DNA of 64,000 nucleotides. Source: Nitrospinota bacterium (GTDB taxonomy: Bacteria; Nitrospinota_A; UBA7883; JACRLM01). The stretch is taken from the NCBI GenBank assembly GCA_016208975.1, contig JACQXA010000001.1:1834-65833 (forward strand), in the 5' to 3' direction. Position 1 is the stretch's first letter, and each line of letters begins with the position of its first letter. The position numbers and the translations under genes are program-made. The notes beneath the pieces are model-generated. The model saw nothing but the letters and a program-made list of their open reading frames with translations, was not told where the DNA came from and searched no databases. This document shows, piece by piece, positions 15,220-23,570 of this stretch.

Positions 15220-15409
15220 TCGTTTAAAAAACCTTATGTTTCATGGGATACGGGATACATGTTACCCGATTTTGCGCCGGTTGCCCATATTTAGCCGCTT
15301 TTAGACAGTGTAGATTTCGGGCTTTTTCATCCCGGCTTTGGGGTTTATACTTAGGTACTGCCAATGGGGCAGAGGATGGTTAACTGAGGGTTTTTTAGCA
15401 AGCAGGCAT

Positions 15410-16876
15410 ATGCCGCAAACGCTTGACGAAGATATATCGCGCCTTGTGAGCCTGGTGGCCAACGTCACCGACGCGTTCACGGCGGCCTTGTTCCTCGTAG
15501 AGGGCAAGAAGGGGGATAAACTCAGGCTTCGCGCCTGCCAGTCCCTTTCCAACAGTGTTGTGCCCGGGGCGGAGTTCCCTGTGGGGCACGGCCTTGTGGG
15601 TTGGGTGGCCAAGACCGGCAAGTTCACCCAGGCCGCGAATTTCAAGAGCGACACTACCACGCTACAGTTCTATTCGAAGGACGAAGACATAAAATCCTTC
15701 GCCGCCGCGCCGGTGCTGGACCATTCCGGCAGGGTGATGGGGGTGTTAAGCGTGGACAGCAAGAAAAACTACGTCTTCACCGAGAAGATGGGGAAGATAC
15801 TGGTGGAATTCGCGGCGGCCCTGGCCAATGTGGTCATCCATGGCCGCAAGCGGATACGCCTCAACGTGGAAGCGATGGCTCTGGACGGCCTGCTGGAGGT
15901 GGTCAACCGCCTTACGGCTTGCGAGACCATCGCCGAGCTGGCCCAAACGTTGCGGGCGGCGGCGCCTCCGCTTATCCCCCACGAGTTGCTGACGCTGGCC
16001 GTGAAATCCTTCGACGACGAGGGGTTCTACCTTGTGGGGATGAACGACCACGGCAATGGCAATAACCGCCATACTGCCTTGCCCCTCACCCATTACAGGA
16101 TGGGCTGGGTTATCCATAATTCCATGCCCGTAAACCTGCCGGAGATAGACGGGGCGCCCATATATCCCGGATGCGGGAACATCTGGCGGTCGTTCATCGG
16201 CGCGCCCATGGTTTCCCACGATCAGACCGTGGGGGCGGTGGCCCTGCTTTCAAGGAAACCGCGGGCTTTCCGTCAGGCGGATTTCAAGGCGTTGCAGATA
16301 CTGGCGGCGGCATGCTCGTCGGCTTTCGTGTGCCTGTACATGCACAACAAGGAGAAAAAATCGGTATTGCGAGACCCGCTCACGCGGCTTGTCACCCATC
16401 GCTATCTTCTGGAGTCCATGGGGCCGGTGGAGAGGTCTTCCGCCGTCCTGGCCATCAACGTGATGAAGTTCGGCATGATAAACGCCGAGCTGGGGCATGA
16501 CGGCGGCGACGAGTTCCTCATGGAGATGGCCGGCAGGCTTAAAAGGCTTGTGGGTGACGATGGGATGGTTTGCCGGTATTACGGCGACAGGTTCCTGGTG
16601 TTCCTTGAAGACCATAGCGCCGAAAAAGCCGTATCGGCGGTGGAGGGGATACTTAAATCCATAGACACCGAGCCGTTCATGGTAAATGGCGCCACGTTCC
16701 TGGCCCCGGTCTCCGTGGGCGTGGCCACAAGCCCCGAAGACGGGCGCGACATGGAGGAACTTATCGCCAAGGCCCATCTGGCCGCCGACAGGTCCAAAAC
16801 ATCCCCTGGCCGGGTGGCGTTCTTTAGCGACACACAAACCCCCCTTCAATTCAAACTGCGTTCACTGGAAAGGTAA
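15410..16876 (+). CDS. GAF-GAF sensor with degenerate GGDEF domain
   Basis: Two GAF-like segments (GLVGWVA..SFAAAP..GVLSVDS; MGWVI..SFIGAP..GAVALLS), then DPLT, INAELGHDGGD and YGDRF in place of GGDEF. Start at ATG 15410 is inferred. Confidence 0.85.
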   Translation: MPQTLDEDISRLVSLVANVTDAFTAALFLVEGKKGDKLRLRACQSLSNSVVPGAEFPVGHGLVGWVAKTGKFTQAANFKSDTTTLQFYSKDEDIKSFAAAPVLDHSGRVMGVLSVDSKKNYVFTEKMGKILVEFAAALANVVIHGRKRIRLNVEAMALDGLLEVVNRLTACETIAELAQTLRAAAPPLIPHELLTLAVKSFDDEGFYLVGMNDHGNGNNRHTALPLTHYRMGWVIHNSMPVNLPEIDGAPIYPGCGNIWRSFIGAPMVSHDQTVGAVALLSRKPRAFRQADFKALQILAAACSSAFVCLYMHNKEKKSVLRDPLTRLVTHRYLLESMGPVERSSAVLAINVMKFGMINAELGHDGGDEFLMEMAGRLKRLVGDDGMVCRYYGDRFLVFLEDHSAEKAVSAVEGILKSIDTEPFMVNGATFLAPVSVGVATSPEDGRDMEELIAKAHLAADRSKTSPGRVAFFSDTQTPLQFKLRSLER

Positions 16877-16885
16877 CCCGCCCTG

Positions 16886-17911
16886 ATGTTGTTCGAGAAG
16901 TTATACAATTTTGTCTCCGCCGATATGGCCATGGACCTGGGCACCGCAAACACTCTGGTGCATATCCGGAACAAAGGCATAGTGCTCAACGAGCCTTCGG
17001 TGGTTGTGATCACCAAAAAAGGGGAAAGGCTTTTGGCCATCGGCGCCGAAGCCAAGGCCATGTATGGCAAAACCCCCGACGAATACGTGGCCGTGCGCCC
17101 CATGAAAGACGGAGTGATAGCCGATTTCGATTCCACCCGGAAAATGATCGCCTATTTCATAAAAAAAACGCGCCCCAGCATGTTCACGCTGAAACCCAAA
17201 ATAGTTATCGGCGTGCCTTCGGGCATAACCCAGGTAGAGAAACGGGCCGTCATAGACTCGGCCATGGGGGCGGGGGTGCGGGAGGTGTTCCTGGTGGAGG
17301 AGCCCATGGCCGCGGCCATCGGCACCAAAATGCCCGTGTGGGACTCGGTGGGGAACCTGATAGTGGACATCGGCGGCGGCACCACGGAGGTTGCCATCAT
17401 TTCCATGTTCGCCACGGCCTACTCGGAGTCCATCCGGGTGGCGGGGGATGAGATGGACGAGGCCATCGTGCGCCATGTGCGGCAAAAACACAGCCTGGAC
17501 ATCGGCATTTTCGAGGCGGAGCGGGTGAAGATCGCCATAGGCTCCGCCTTTCCGCAGGAACAGAAAGTAACCACCAAGACGTTTGGCAGAAATATAGTGA
17601 ACGGATTGCCCACCGGGATAGAAATTTCCGACGACGATGTGAGGGAGGCCCTGGAAGAGCCGGTTCGCGCCATCATAGACGCCACCAAGAAGGCCATGGA
17701 AAAAACCACACCGGAATTCGCCCAGGACATTTCCAGCCGGGGCATAGTGCTGGCCGGAGGGGGCGCCCTTCTGAAAGGATTGGGCCAGCGGCTCAAAAAA
17801 GAGCTTCAGGTGCCTGTTTACCGCGCCAAAGACCCCCTCACCGCCGTGGCCAGGGGCGCGGGAATCGTTCTGGAGAAATGGAAGACCTTCAGAAGAGTGA
17901 CCATAAACTAA
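16886..17911 (+). CDS. mreB: MreB/Mbl family actin homolog (no mreCD adjacent)
   Basis: DLGTANT, RPMKDGVIADF, DIGGGTTE, AGGGALL; N-terminal amphipathic-looking MLFEKLYNFV. Confidence 0.95.
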   Translation: MLFEKLYNFVSADMAMDLGTANTLVHIRNKGIVLNEPSVVVITKKGERLLAIGAEAKAMYGKTPDEYVAVRPMKDGVIADFDSTRKMIAYFIKKTRPSMFTLKPKIVIGVPSGITQVEKRAVIDSAMGAGVREVFLVEEPMAAAIGTKMPVWDSVGNLIVDIGGGTTEVAIISMFATAYSESIRVAGDEMDEAIVRHVRQKHSLDIGIFEAERVKIAIGSAFPQEQKVTTKTFGRNIVNGLPTGIEISDDDVREALEEPVRAIIDATKKAMEKTTPEFAQDISSRGIVLAGGGALLKGLGQRLKKELQVPVYRAKDPLTAVARGAGIVLEKWKTFRRVTIN

Positions 17912-17983
17912 ATTTTGCGTTGTCCAGACTCTATGCGGTAGGGGGGCGGGAATATTAAATTATCATGGTCTTTGTCTAAAAAC

Positions 17984-18014
17984 TTGATTTTATAAAATGC
18001 CTTTATGTTATACT
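17984..18014 (+). promoter_or_regulatory. Putative sigma70 promoter (extended -10) for motA
   Basis: TTGATT at 17984-17989 and TG-n-TATACT at 18006-18014 in an AT-rich intergenic region. Confidence 0.5.
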
Positions 18015-18157
18015 TTCGGCTCTTTTGTATTTGGAAGGGAATGATACAGTTTTTGCCCTTCCGGAATGGCGGGTTTCCGGTTAAACCGGGAGCTAAAAGA
18101 GCATGGTTGAGGCTGTGCGTTGTACCAAGGTTTGTAGGGATATTTAGGTAGAAGGTC

Positions 18158-19015
18158 ATGTCATCCATAGCTGGGATTATCATCGTTCTGGTGGCCGTTA
18201 TTGGCGGTTACATCATGGAGCACGGTAATCTGGCCATTTTGATCCAGCCGGCGGAAGTCGTGATAATATTCGGCGCGGCTATCGGCGGCGTGGTGATAGC
18301 CTCGCCCCCGGCTGTTATAAAGGCTATCATCCAGGGTTTTAAATACGTCGTTACGGGCAAAACCCGGTCCAAAAAGGATTACGTTGACCTGCTTAAATGC
18401 CTGAACGAAATCATACAGAAAATAAGGAAAGACGGGCTGGCTTCAATTGAAGAGTCCATGGACAAGCCCAATAACAGCCCCATTTTCAAGAAATACCCCG
18501 CTGTGCTGAACAACCATCATGCGGTGGCCTACATAACCGACTCGTTCAGGATAATCAGCACCACGAAAATATCCCCAAACAAGCTGGGCATGCTGATGGA
18601 CACCGAGCTGGACACCCATCACGACGAAATGATGGTGTCGGTGAATTCAGTGAGCAACGTGGCCGACTCGCTCCCCGGCCTGGGTATCGTGGCGGCGGTG
18701 CTGGGCGTGGTGATAACCATGCAGAAAATGAGCGAGCCGCCGGAGGTGCTGGGACACAGCATCGGCGCGGCGCTGGTGGGCACTTTTTTGGGTATCTTGA
18801 TGAGTTACGGTTTCGTGGGGCCTATGGCCAAGAAGCTGGAGCATCTGGTGGCCAACGAGACCCAATACCTGCGTGTCATCCGGGAGATCATAATTGCGTT
18901 TGTCGGCGGGGAGCCGGTGCAGATAGCCATAGAGTTCGGCAGGAAAGTCATCCCCGGCAACGTTAAACCAACCTTCAGCGAGATGGAAGCGGAGCTGAGG
19001 AAAACCAAGGCCTAA
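18158..19015 (+). CDS. motA: Flagellar motor stator protein MotA
   Basis: QPAEVVIIFG, RKDGLASIE, LPGLGIVAAVLG, ALVGTFLGIL, EFGRK; 285 aa. Confidence 0.95.
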   Translation: MSSIAGIIIVLVAVIGGYIMEHGNLAILIQPAEVVIIFGAAIGGVVIASPPAVIKAIIQGFKYVVTGKTRSKKDYVDLLKCLNEIIQKIRKDGLASIEESMDKPNNSPIFKKYPAVLNNHHAVAYITDSFRIISTTKISPNKLGMLMDTELDTHHDEMMVSVNSVSNVADSLPGLGIVAAVLGVVITMQKMSEPPEVLGHSIGAALVGTFLGILMSYGFVGPMAKKLEHLVANETQYLRVIREIIIAFVGGEPVQIAIEFGRKVIPGNVKPTFSEMEAELRKTKA

Positions 19016-19050
19016 AAGCCCCGGATTCCCGGATAACGCTGGTGAAAAAT

Positions 19051-19123
19051 CGCGTCATGGTGAGCCTCGCCGAACCATGACACGCAACATTATTGCCACC
19101 CCTCGGCAGGCTCGGGGTGACAA
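19051..19123. repeat. REP-like palindrome doublet between convergent motA and cobA/hemD
   Basis: Hairpin GTCATGGT..ACCATGAC and hairpin TTGCCACCCC..GGGGTGACAA, whose loops are mutually complementary. Confidence 0.7.
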
Positions 19124-19143
19124 CGGATTAAAACCCCGCCCGG

Positions 19144-20664
19144 TTATTTCGAGTAGTAAGACTCCAACGCCACGGCCAGCGCCTCGGTGGTATAGTCTTT
19201 CGGCTCTATCGAAGGCTCCAGCCCGAATTTTCTGGCCGTGTCCGACGTGATGGGGCCGATGGACGCCACCTTAACGCCATTCATCAACCGGACAGCCTCT
19301 TCCTTGCCGAACATATCCATGAAGTTGGACACGGTGGAGGATGAGGTGAAAGTCACCGCGTCCACCCGGTTTTCGCTGAACAGCTTTACCATCTCGTCTT
19401 TTAACGCCGCCGGTTTCACCGTTTCATAGGCTTCCGCCACGGTGACATTGGCGCCTAGCTTTACGAGCTCTTCGGGAAGTACCTCGCGGGCCACTTTGGC
19501 GCGGGGTATAAGGATATTTTTGCCCTTCAGGTTTTCGCCACCCAGCGCGCCAAGGATGGCTTCGGCCCGGTACTCCGATGGCACGGCCGCCACCCGCACG
19601 CCAAGGTTTTCGATAGCCTCGGCGGTTTTGGGGCCGATGGCGCAAATTTGGGGGCCTTTGAGCTCGCGGATGTCCGACCCGCGCTCTTTGAGCCTTTGCA
19701 GGAAATAACGCACACCGTTAACTGATGTGAAGATGACCCAGTCAAACTGCGGCAATCTTTCAATGGCCGCGTCCAGGCTATCCCACGAATCCGGTTGTTT
19801 GGTCTCGATGGTGGGAAACTCTATAACGTCCGCGCCGGATTTTTTGAGTCTGTCAGCGAAAACCGAGGCCTGCTCCCGGGCGCGGGTTACAACTATCTTC
19901 CTGCCGAACAACGGTTTTTTCTCGAACCAGTCCAGCGTGGGTTTTAAACTTACCACGTCTCCCACCACGGTGAGGGCGGGGGGTTTTATGCCCGCCTTGG
20001 CCACCTTCTCCACGATATCGGCCAGTGTGCCGGTTACCGTTTTCTGCTCCGGCGTGGTGCCCCAGCGGATAACCGCCACGGGAGTGCTGGCGGCCCTGCC
20101 GTTTTTCGTGAGGTTGTCCACGATGTTGGGCAGGTTTTTTACGCCCATGAAGAACACCAGCGTGCCAATCCCTGTGGCCAGCTTGTCCCAATGGATGTTC
20201 GACTCTTCCTTGGTAGGGTCCTCATGCCCGGTTACAAAGGCCACGGTGGCGGTGAAATCCCGATGGGTGAGTGGGATACCCGAATAAGCGGACGCGGCCA
20301 CCGCCGCCGTAACGCCCGGAACAACCTCGTACCGTAAACCGGCCTTTATAAGCTCCTCGGCCTCCTCGCCGCCCCGGCCGAAAATGAACGGGTCGCCCCC
20401 TTTTAAGCGGGCCACGCTTTTCCCGGCGCGGCATTTTTCCACCAGCAGGCTGTTGATGTTTTCCTGGGTCATGGTATGGGCGCCGCCCATCTTGCCAACG
20501 TAGATTACCTCGGCGTCTTTCCGCGCGAAATCCAGCAGGCGCGGGTTGGCCAGGTAGTCATAAACAACAACGTCGGCTTCTTCTATAAGGGCGCGGCCTT
20601 TCAACGTAAGCAGGCCAGGGTCGCCGGGACCGGCCCCGATCAGATAAACGATACCTTCAGGCAT
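19144..20664 (-). CDS. cobA: Fused uroporphyrinogen-III C-methyltransferase / uroporphyrinogen-III synthase (CobA-HemD)
   Basis: N-half [28 protein letters not shown]-half [29 protein letters not shown]. Confidence 0.95.
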   Translation of the reverse strand: MPEGIVYLIGAGPGDPGLLTLKGRALIEEADVVVYDYLANPRLLDFARKDAEVIYVGKMGGAHTMTQENINSLLVEKCRAGKSVARLKGGDPFIFGRGGEEAEELIKAGLRYEVVPGVTAAVAASAYSGIPLTHRDFTATVAFVTGHEDPTKEESNIHWDKLATGIGTLVFFMGVKNLPNIVDNLTKNGRAASTPVAVIRWGTTPEQKTVTGTLADIVEKVAKAGIKPPALTVVGDVVSLKPTLDWFEKKPLFGRKIVVTRAREQASVFADRLKKSGADVIEFPTIETKQPDSWDSLDAAIERLPQFDWVIFTSVNGVRYFLQRLKERGSDIRELKGPQICAIGPKTAEAIENLGVRVAAVPSEYRAEAILGALGGENLKGKNILIPRAKVAREVLPEELVKLGANVTVAEAYETVKPAALKDEMVKLFSENRVDAVTFTSSSTVSNFMDMFGKEEAVRLMNGVKVASIGPITSDTARKFGLEPSIEPKDYTTEALAVALESYYSK

Positions 20665-20700
20665 AAATTCTCACTATAAAAAGAGTGACGACAAAAAAAA

Positions 20701-21110
20701 TGAAGAGGCCGGTTGTAAGCCGGATTTTGTGCCGGAACCCCGAAAGGTTCCGATGACGGCCATTCCTCTAGCCGCTCCGTTGCCGGGCGGTCCAGCGGCC
20801 TACCCGGAAGCGTAAGACGAGCCGCCTTATGCCTGGCCTTTCAGCCAGGCGCGCTTCCCTATTTGGCCTTGCGCCAGGCAGGGCTTGCCATGCCAGCGAT
20901 GTCGCCACCGCCGCGGTGGGCTCTTACCCCACCATTTCACCCTTACCGCGCCCGCCGGGTTAACGGCAGGCGGTAGGCGGTATGCTTTCTGTTGCGCTTT
21001 CCCTGGGGTTGCCCCCGCTCTCCGTTAGGGAGTGCCTTGCTCTATGGCGTCCGGACTTTCCTCCCGCCCTTGCCAAAGGCAAGAGCCAGCGGCCGTCCCC
21101 CAGCCTCTTC
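20701..21110 (-). ncRNA. rnpB: RNase P RNA (bacterial type A)
   Basis: Minus strand has GAGGAAAGTCCGG near the 5' end and ACAAAATCCGGCTTAC near the 3' end; ends pair (GAAGAGGCTGG / CCGGCCTCTTC); U-run follows. Confidence 0.96.
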
Positions 21111-21115
21111 GTTTA

Positions 21116-21859
21116 CTATTGTACCTGTTTTTCAGGGGCCTTTTCTTCAGCGGCTTCCGGTTCGCAATAAAGATACCGGTTACAGTGGGGGCATTGGATT
21201 ATCTCGTCCGAATACCTCACCTGGTAATAAAGCTGGGGAGGTATCATCTGGTTGCATCCGTTGCACAGCCTGTCTTTCACCGGGGTGACGCCAACCCCCT
21301 GCCGGGCCTTTAGCACCCTTTCGTAGCTGGAAAGGATGGAAGGGGCGATGCCCGCCATCAACTGGCCGCGTTTTTCCTGAAGCTCATCAACCGTCATTTT
21401 CAGTTCGCCGATGGCGGATTCTATTTCAGCCACCTGACCGCCGATACGTTTTTCGTCCACCTTTACGGCCTCTTCCACAGTCTTGCGTGAGCCGCCGTGG
21501 CTTTCCATCTTTTCCATCAGCTCCAGCTGTTTGTCGTCCAGCGCGCTTATCTGATGCTCGAACGTTTCTATTTCCTTGAGGACGGCGCGGTATTCCACGT
21601 TGGTCTTAACGGCGGGAAGCTTGGATTTGGCCTTGGCTATGTGGTCTTTTACAGATTCCACCTCCATCTCCAGCTTTCTTTTATCCTTTTTTTCCTCTTC
21701 AATGGCCTTGTCGAAATCTTTCAGCTTTTGCCGGGCCGCCTCAATCTCCGCCTGCAGGGTCTTTACCTGTTGGGGGTGGGACTGCAGGAGGGCGGATTTC
21801 CGCTGTATCTCGGCGTCGAGCTTCTGAAGGTTTACAAGCCGCTCCAGGTCGGGGTTCAT
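21116..21859 (-). CDS. Coiled-coil protein with C4 zinc ribbon (DUF164 / CdsZ-FlgZ family)
   Basis: LQKLD N-terminus, long coiled coil, CNGC..CPHCNRYLY; SD AGGAAGG before ATG 21859; sits directly upstream of rnpB. Confidence 0.9.
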   Translation of the reverse strand: MNPDLERLVNLQKLDAEIQRKSALLQSHPQQVKTLQAEIEAARQKLKDFDKAIEEEKKDKRKLEMEVESVKDHIAKAKSKLPAVKTNVEYRAVLKEIETFEHQISALDDKQLELMEKMESHGGSRKTVEEAVKVDEKRIGGQVAEIESAIGELKMTVDELQEKRGQLMAGIAPSILSSYERVLKARQGVGVTPVKDRLCNGCNQMIPPQLYYQVRYSDEIIQCPHCNRYLYCEPEAAEEKAPEKQVQ

Positions 21860-22025
21860 CGGTGTCCTTCCTGTGTACTGTAATGGGCCACCGCCAGCCA
21901 AACTTTTTGGCGTTCCGGCGGCTAAACAATGAATATTAGCAAAGCGGGGGGACAGAATCAAAATTCTTTTATGGTGTTATTTGCTCCTATGATTATTGAA
22001 TCAGGGGACAGCCTGCATACAGCCG

Positions 22026-22100
22026 GTCATCCCGGCCAAGCGAAGCGCGAGCCGGGATCGGGGCTTCCGCGCCGGTAAAATATTGAAGCCCGGCATGACA
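22026..22100. repeat. REP-like GTCAT...ATGAC-bounded palindrome
   Basis: GTCATCCCGGC-CAAGCGAAGCGCGA-GCCGGGATC ... CCCGGCATGACA; shares the AGCGAAGCGC core with the MITE cargo. Confidence 0.6.
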
Positions 22101-22146
22101 ATATCTCCAATTAAATCTCCAAGCCAGGCGTCAACTCTCCAAGGCC

Positions 22147-22297
22147 GGTGGTGTCCCAGTTTGAATCTCAAATAACAGACAGATCCTTCACTTCGCTTGC
22201 GCTTCGCCCAGGATGACAATGTTATCAACGGCTGTTATATTGTCATTCTGGGCGTAAGTGGAGAATCTCCCCTGTGCTTTCAAACCGGGATACTACC
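22147..22297. mobile_element. 151-bp MITE, copy 1
   Basis: TIRs GGTGGTGTCCCAGTTTGAA / TTCAAACCGGGATACTACC; 8-bp direct repeat CCAAGGCC at 22139-22146 and 22298-22305; 139/151 identical to the reverse complement of 26365-26515 by manual alignment. Confidence 0.92.
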
Positions 22298-22312
22298 CCA
22301 AGGCCAAATTCC

Positions 22313-22341
22313 TTGACTTAAAATAGCCGCTCCAGCATACT
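22313..22341 (+). promoter_or_regulatory. Putative sigma70 promoter for ispB
   Basis: TTGACT-17 nt-CATACT. Confidence 0.6.
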
Positions 22342-22380
22342 TGAACTTCGTTTAAAACCCATTGGTAAGCATCGGTAAAA

Positions 22381-23418
22381 GTGGCTCATCTAAATTCCAC
22401 CCGCCCCAAATCAGGCGATTTGGCCAATCCTGCGGCGTCCCGGTACGCCAGCGCAGTTGCGTTGTACGCGCAGGACCTGGAGAGGGTGGAGCGGGAGATA
22501 AACGCCAATTTCCATTCCGATGTGGCGTTAATACCGAAAGTTAGCGCATACCTGGCCGGGGGCGGAGGAAAGCGGATACGCCCTTTGCTGGTTATAGCCT
22601 CATCCCGCCTTTGCGGTTACACTGGAGCCATCCGTCAGATCACCCATTCGGTGGTGGCTGAATACATCCATGCGGCCACCCTTTTGCATGACGATGTGGT
22701 GGACGAGGCGGAGCTTCGCCGGGGCGCCCAGTCGGCCAATATGAAGTTCGGCAACGAGGCTTCGGTGCTTGTAGGGGATTTTCTTTTCGCCAAATCGTTC
22801 CAGCTGATGAGCGACGATGGCGACATCCGCATAATACAGACCGTGGCGGAAGCCACCCGCAACCTGGCGGAAGGTGAGGTGCTCCAGCTTGTGAACACCA
22901 TGAACCTGGAGATCACTGAAGATATCTATCTGGACACCATATATCGCAAGACCGGCGCCCTCATAGAGGCCTGTTGCAGAATAGGGGCTATTCTCGGTGG
23001 CTCTCCCACAGAGCGGGAGGAGGCGCTGGCCGGATACGGACGCGACATAGGCATGGCCTTCCAACTGGTGGACGACGCGTTGGACTACGCCGGGGAAAAA
23101 TCGGCCTGGGGTAAACCTATCGGGGCCGACCTGGCGGAAGGGAAGGTTACCATGCCGCTTATCCGGGCGATCCAGATGGCCGGTGACGCTGAACGGGAGG
23201 ACATAGCCAGCCTGATGGAATCAGACGAGGAGTTGGGGCCAAGGCTGGACCGTATCATGATGATACTTAAAAAATACGACACCATCTCCACCACGCTGGA
23301 GATGGCAAGAGGCTACGCCGCCTCGGCCCGGGAGCGGCTTATATCCGCTTTTGAGCCCTCAATCCACCTGACATCCCTGCTGGACGTGGCGGATTATATT
23401 GTGGAAAGAAAGGTTTGA
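22381..23418 (+). CDS. ispB: Polyprenyl diphosphate synthase (IspB-like)
   Basis: GGKRIRP, LLHDDVVD, FQLVDDALD, GKPIGADLAEGK; exact start uncertain. Confidence 0.9.
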   Translation: MAHLNSTRPKSGDLANPAASRYASAVALYAQDLERVEREINANFHSDVALIPKVSAYLAGGGGKRIRPLLVIASSRLCGYTGAIRQITHSVVAEYIHAATLLHDDVVDEAELRRGAQSANMKFGNEASVLVGDFLFAKSFQLMSDDGDIRIIQTVAEATRNLAEGEVLQLVNTMNLEITEDIYLDTIYRKTGALIEACCRIGAILGGSPTEREEALAGYGRDIGMAFQLVDDALDYAGEKSAWGKPIGADLAEGKVTMPLIRAIQMAGDAEREDIASLMESDEELGPRLDRIMMILKKYDTISTTLEMARGYAASARERLISAFEPSIHLTSLLDVADYIVERKV

Positions 23419-23570
23419 CCCTCTTTTCCCTGGCAACGTGTCCAAACGCCGTTTACCCGAATTTGATTGCATGCTTCCCCCCGGATGGAATATCATTTTA
23501 GTTAACTAACGCCGTCCGGTTAGTTACCGCCTGGCGAATATCATCAATACAAACAACAAGGCATTTAACA

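Noticed and set aside
20982..21313. Short plus-strand ORFs
   Set aside because: Antisense to rnpB and DUF164.
22001..22228. 75-aa ORF (and 84-aa ORF at 26487-26741) as a MITE-encoded protein
   Set aside because: They cross element boundaries, differ between copies and have no transposase motifs.
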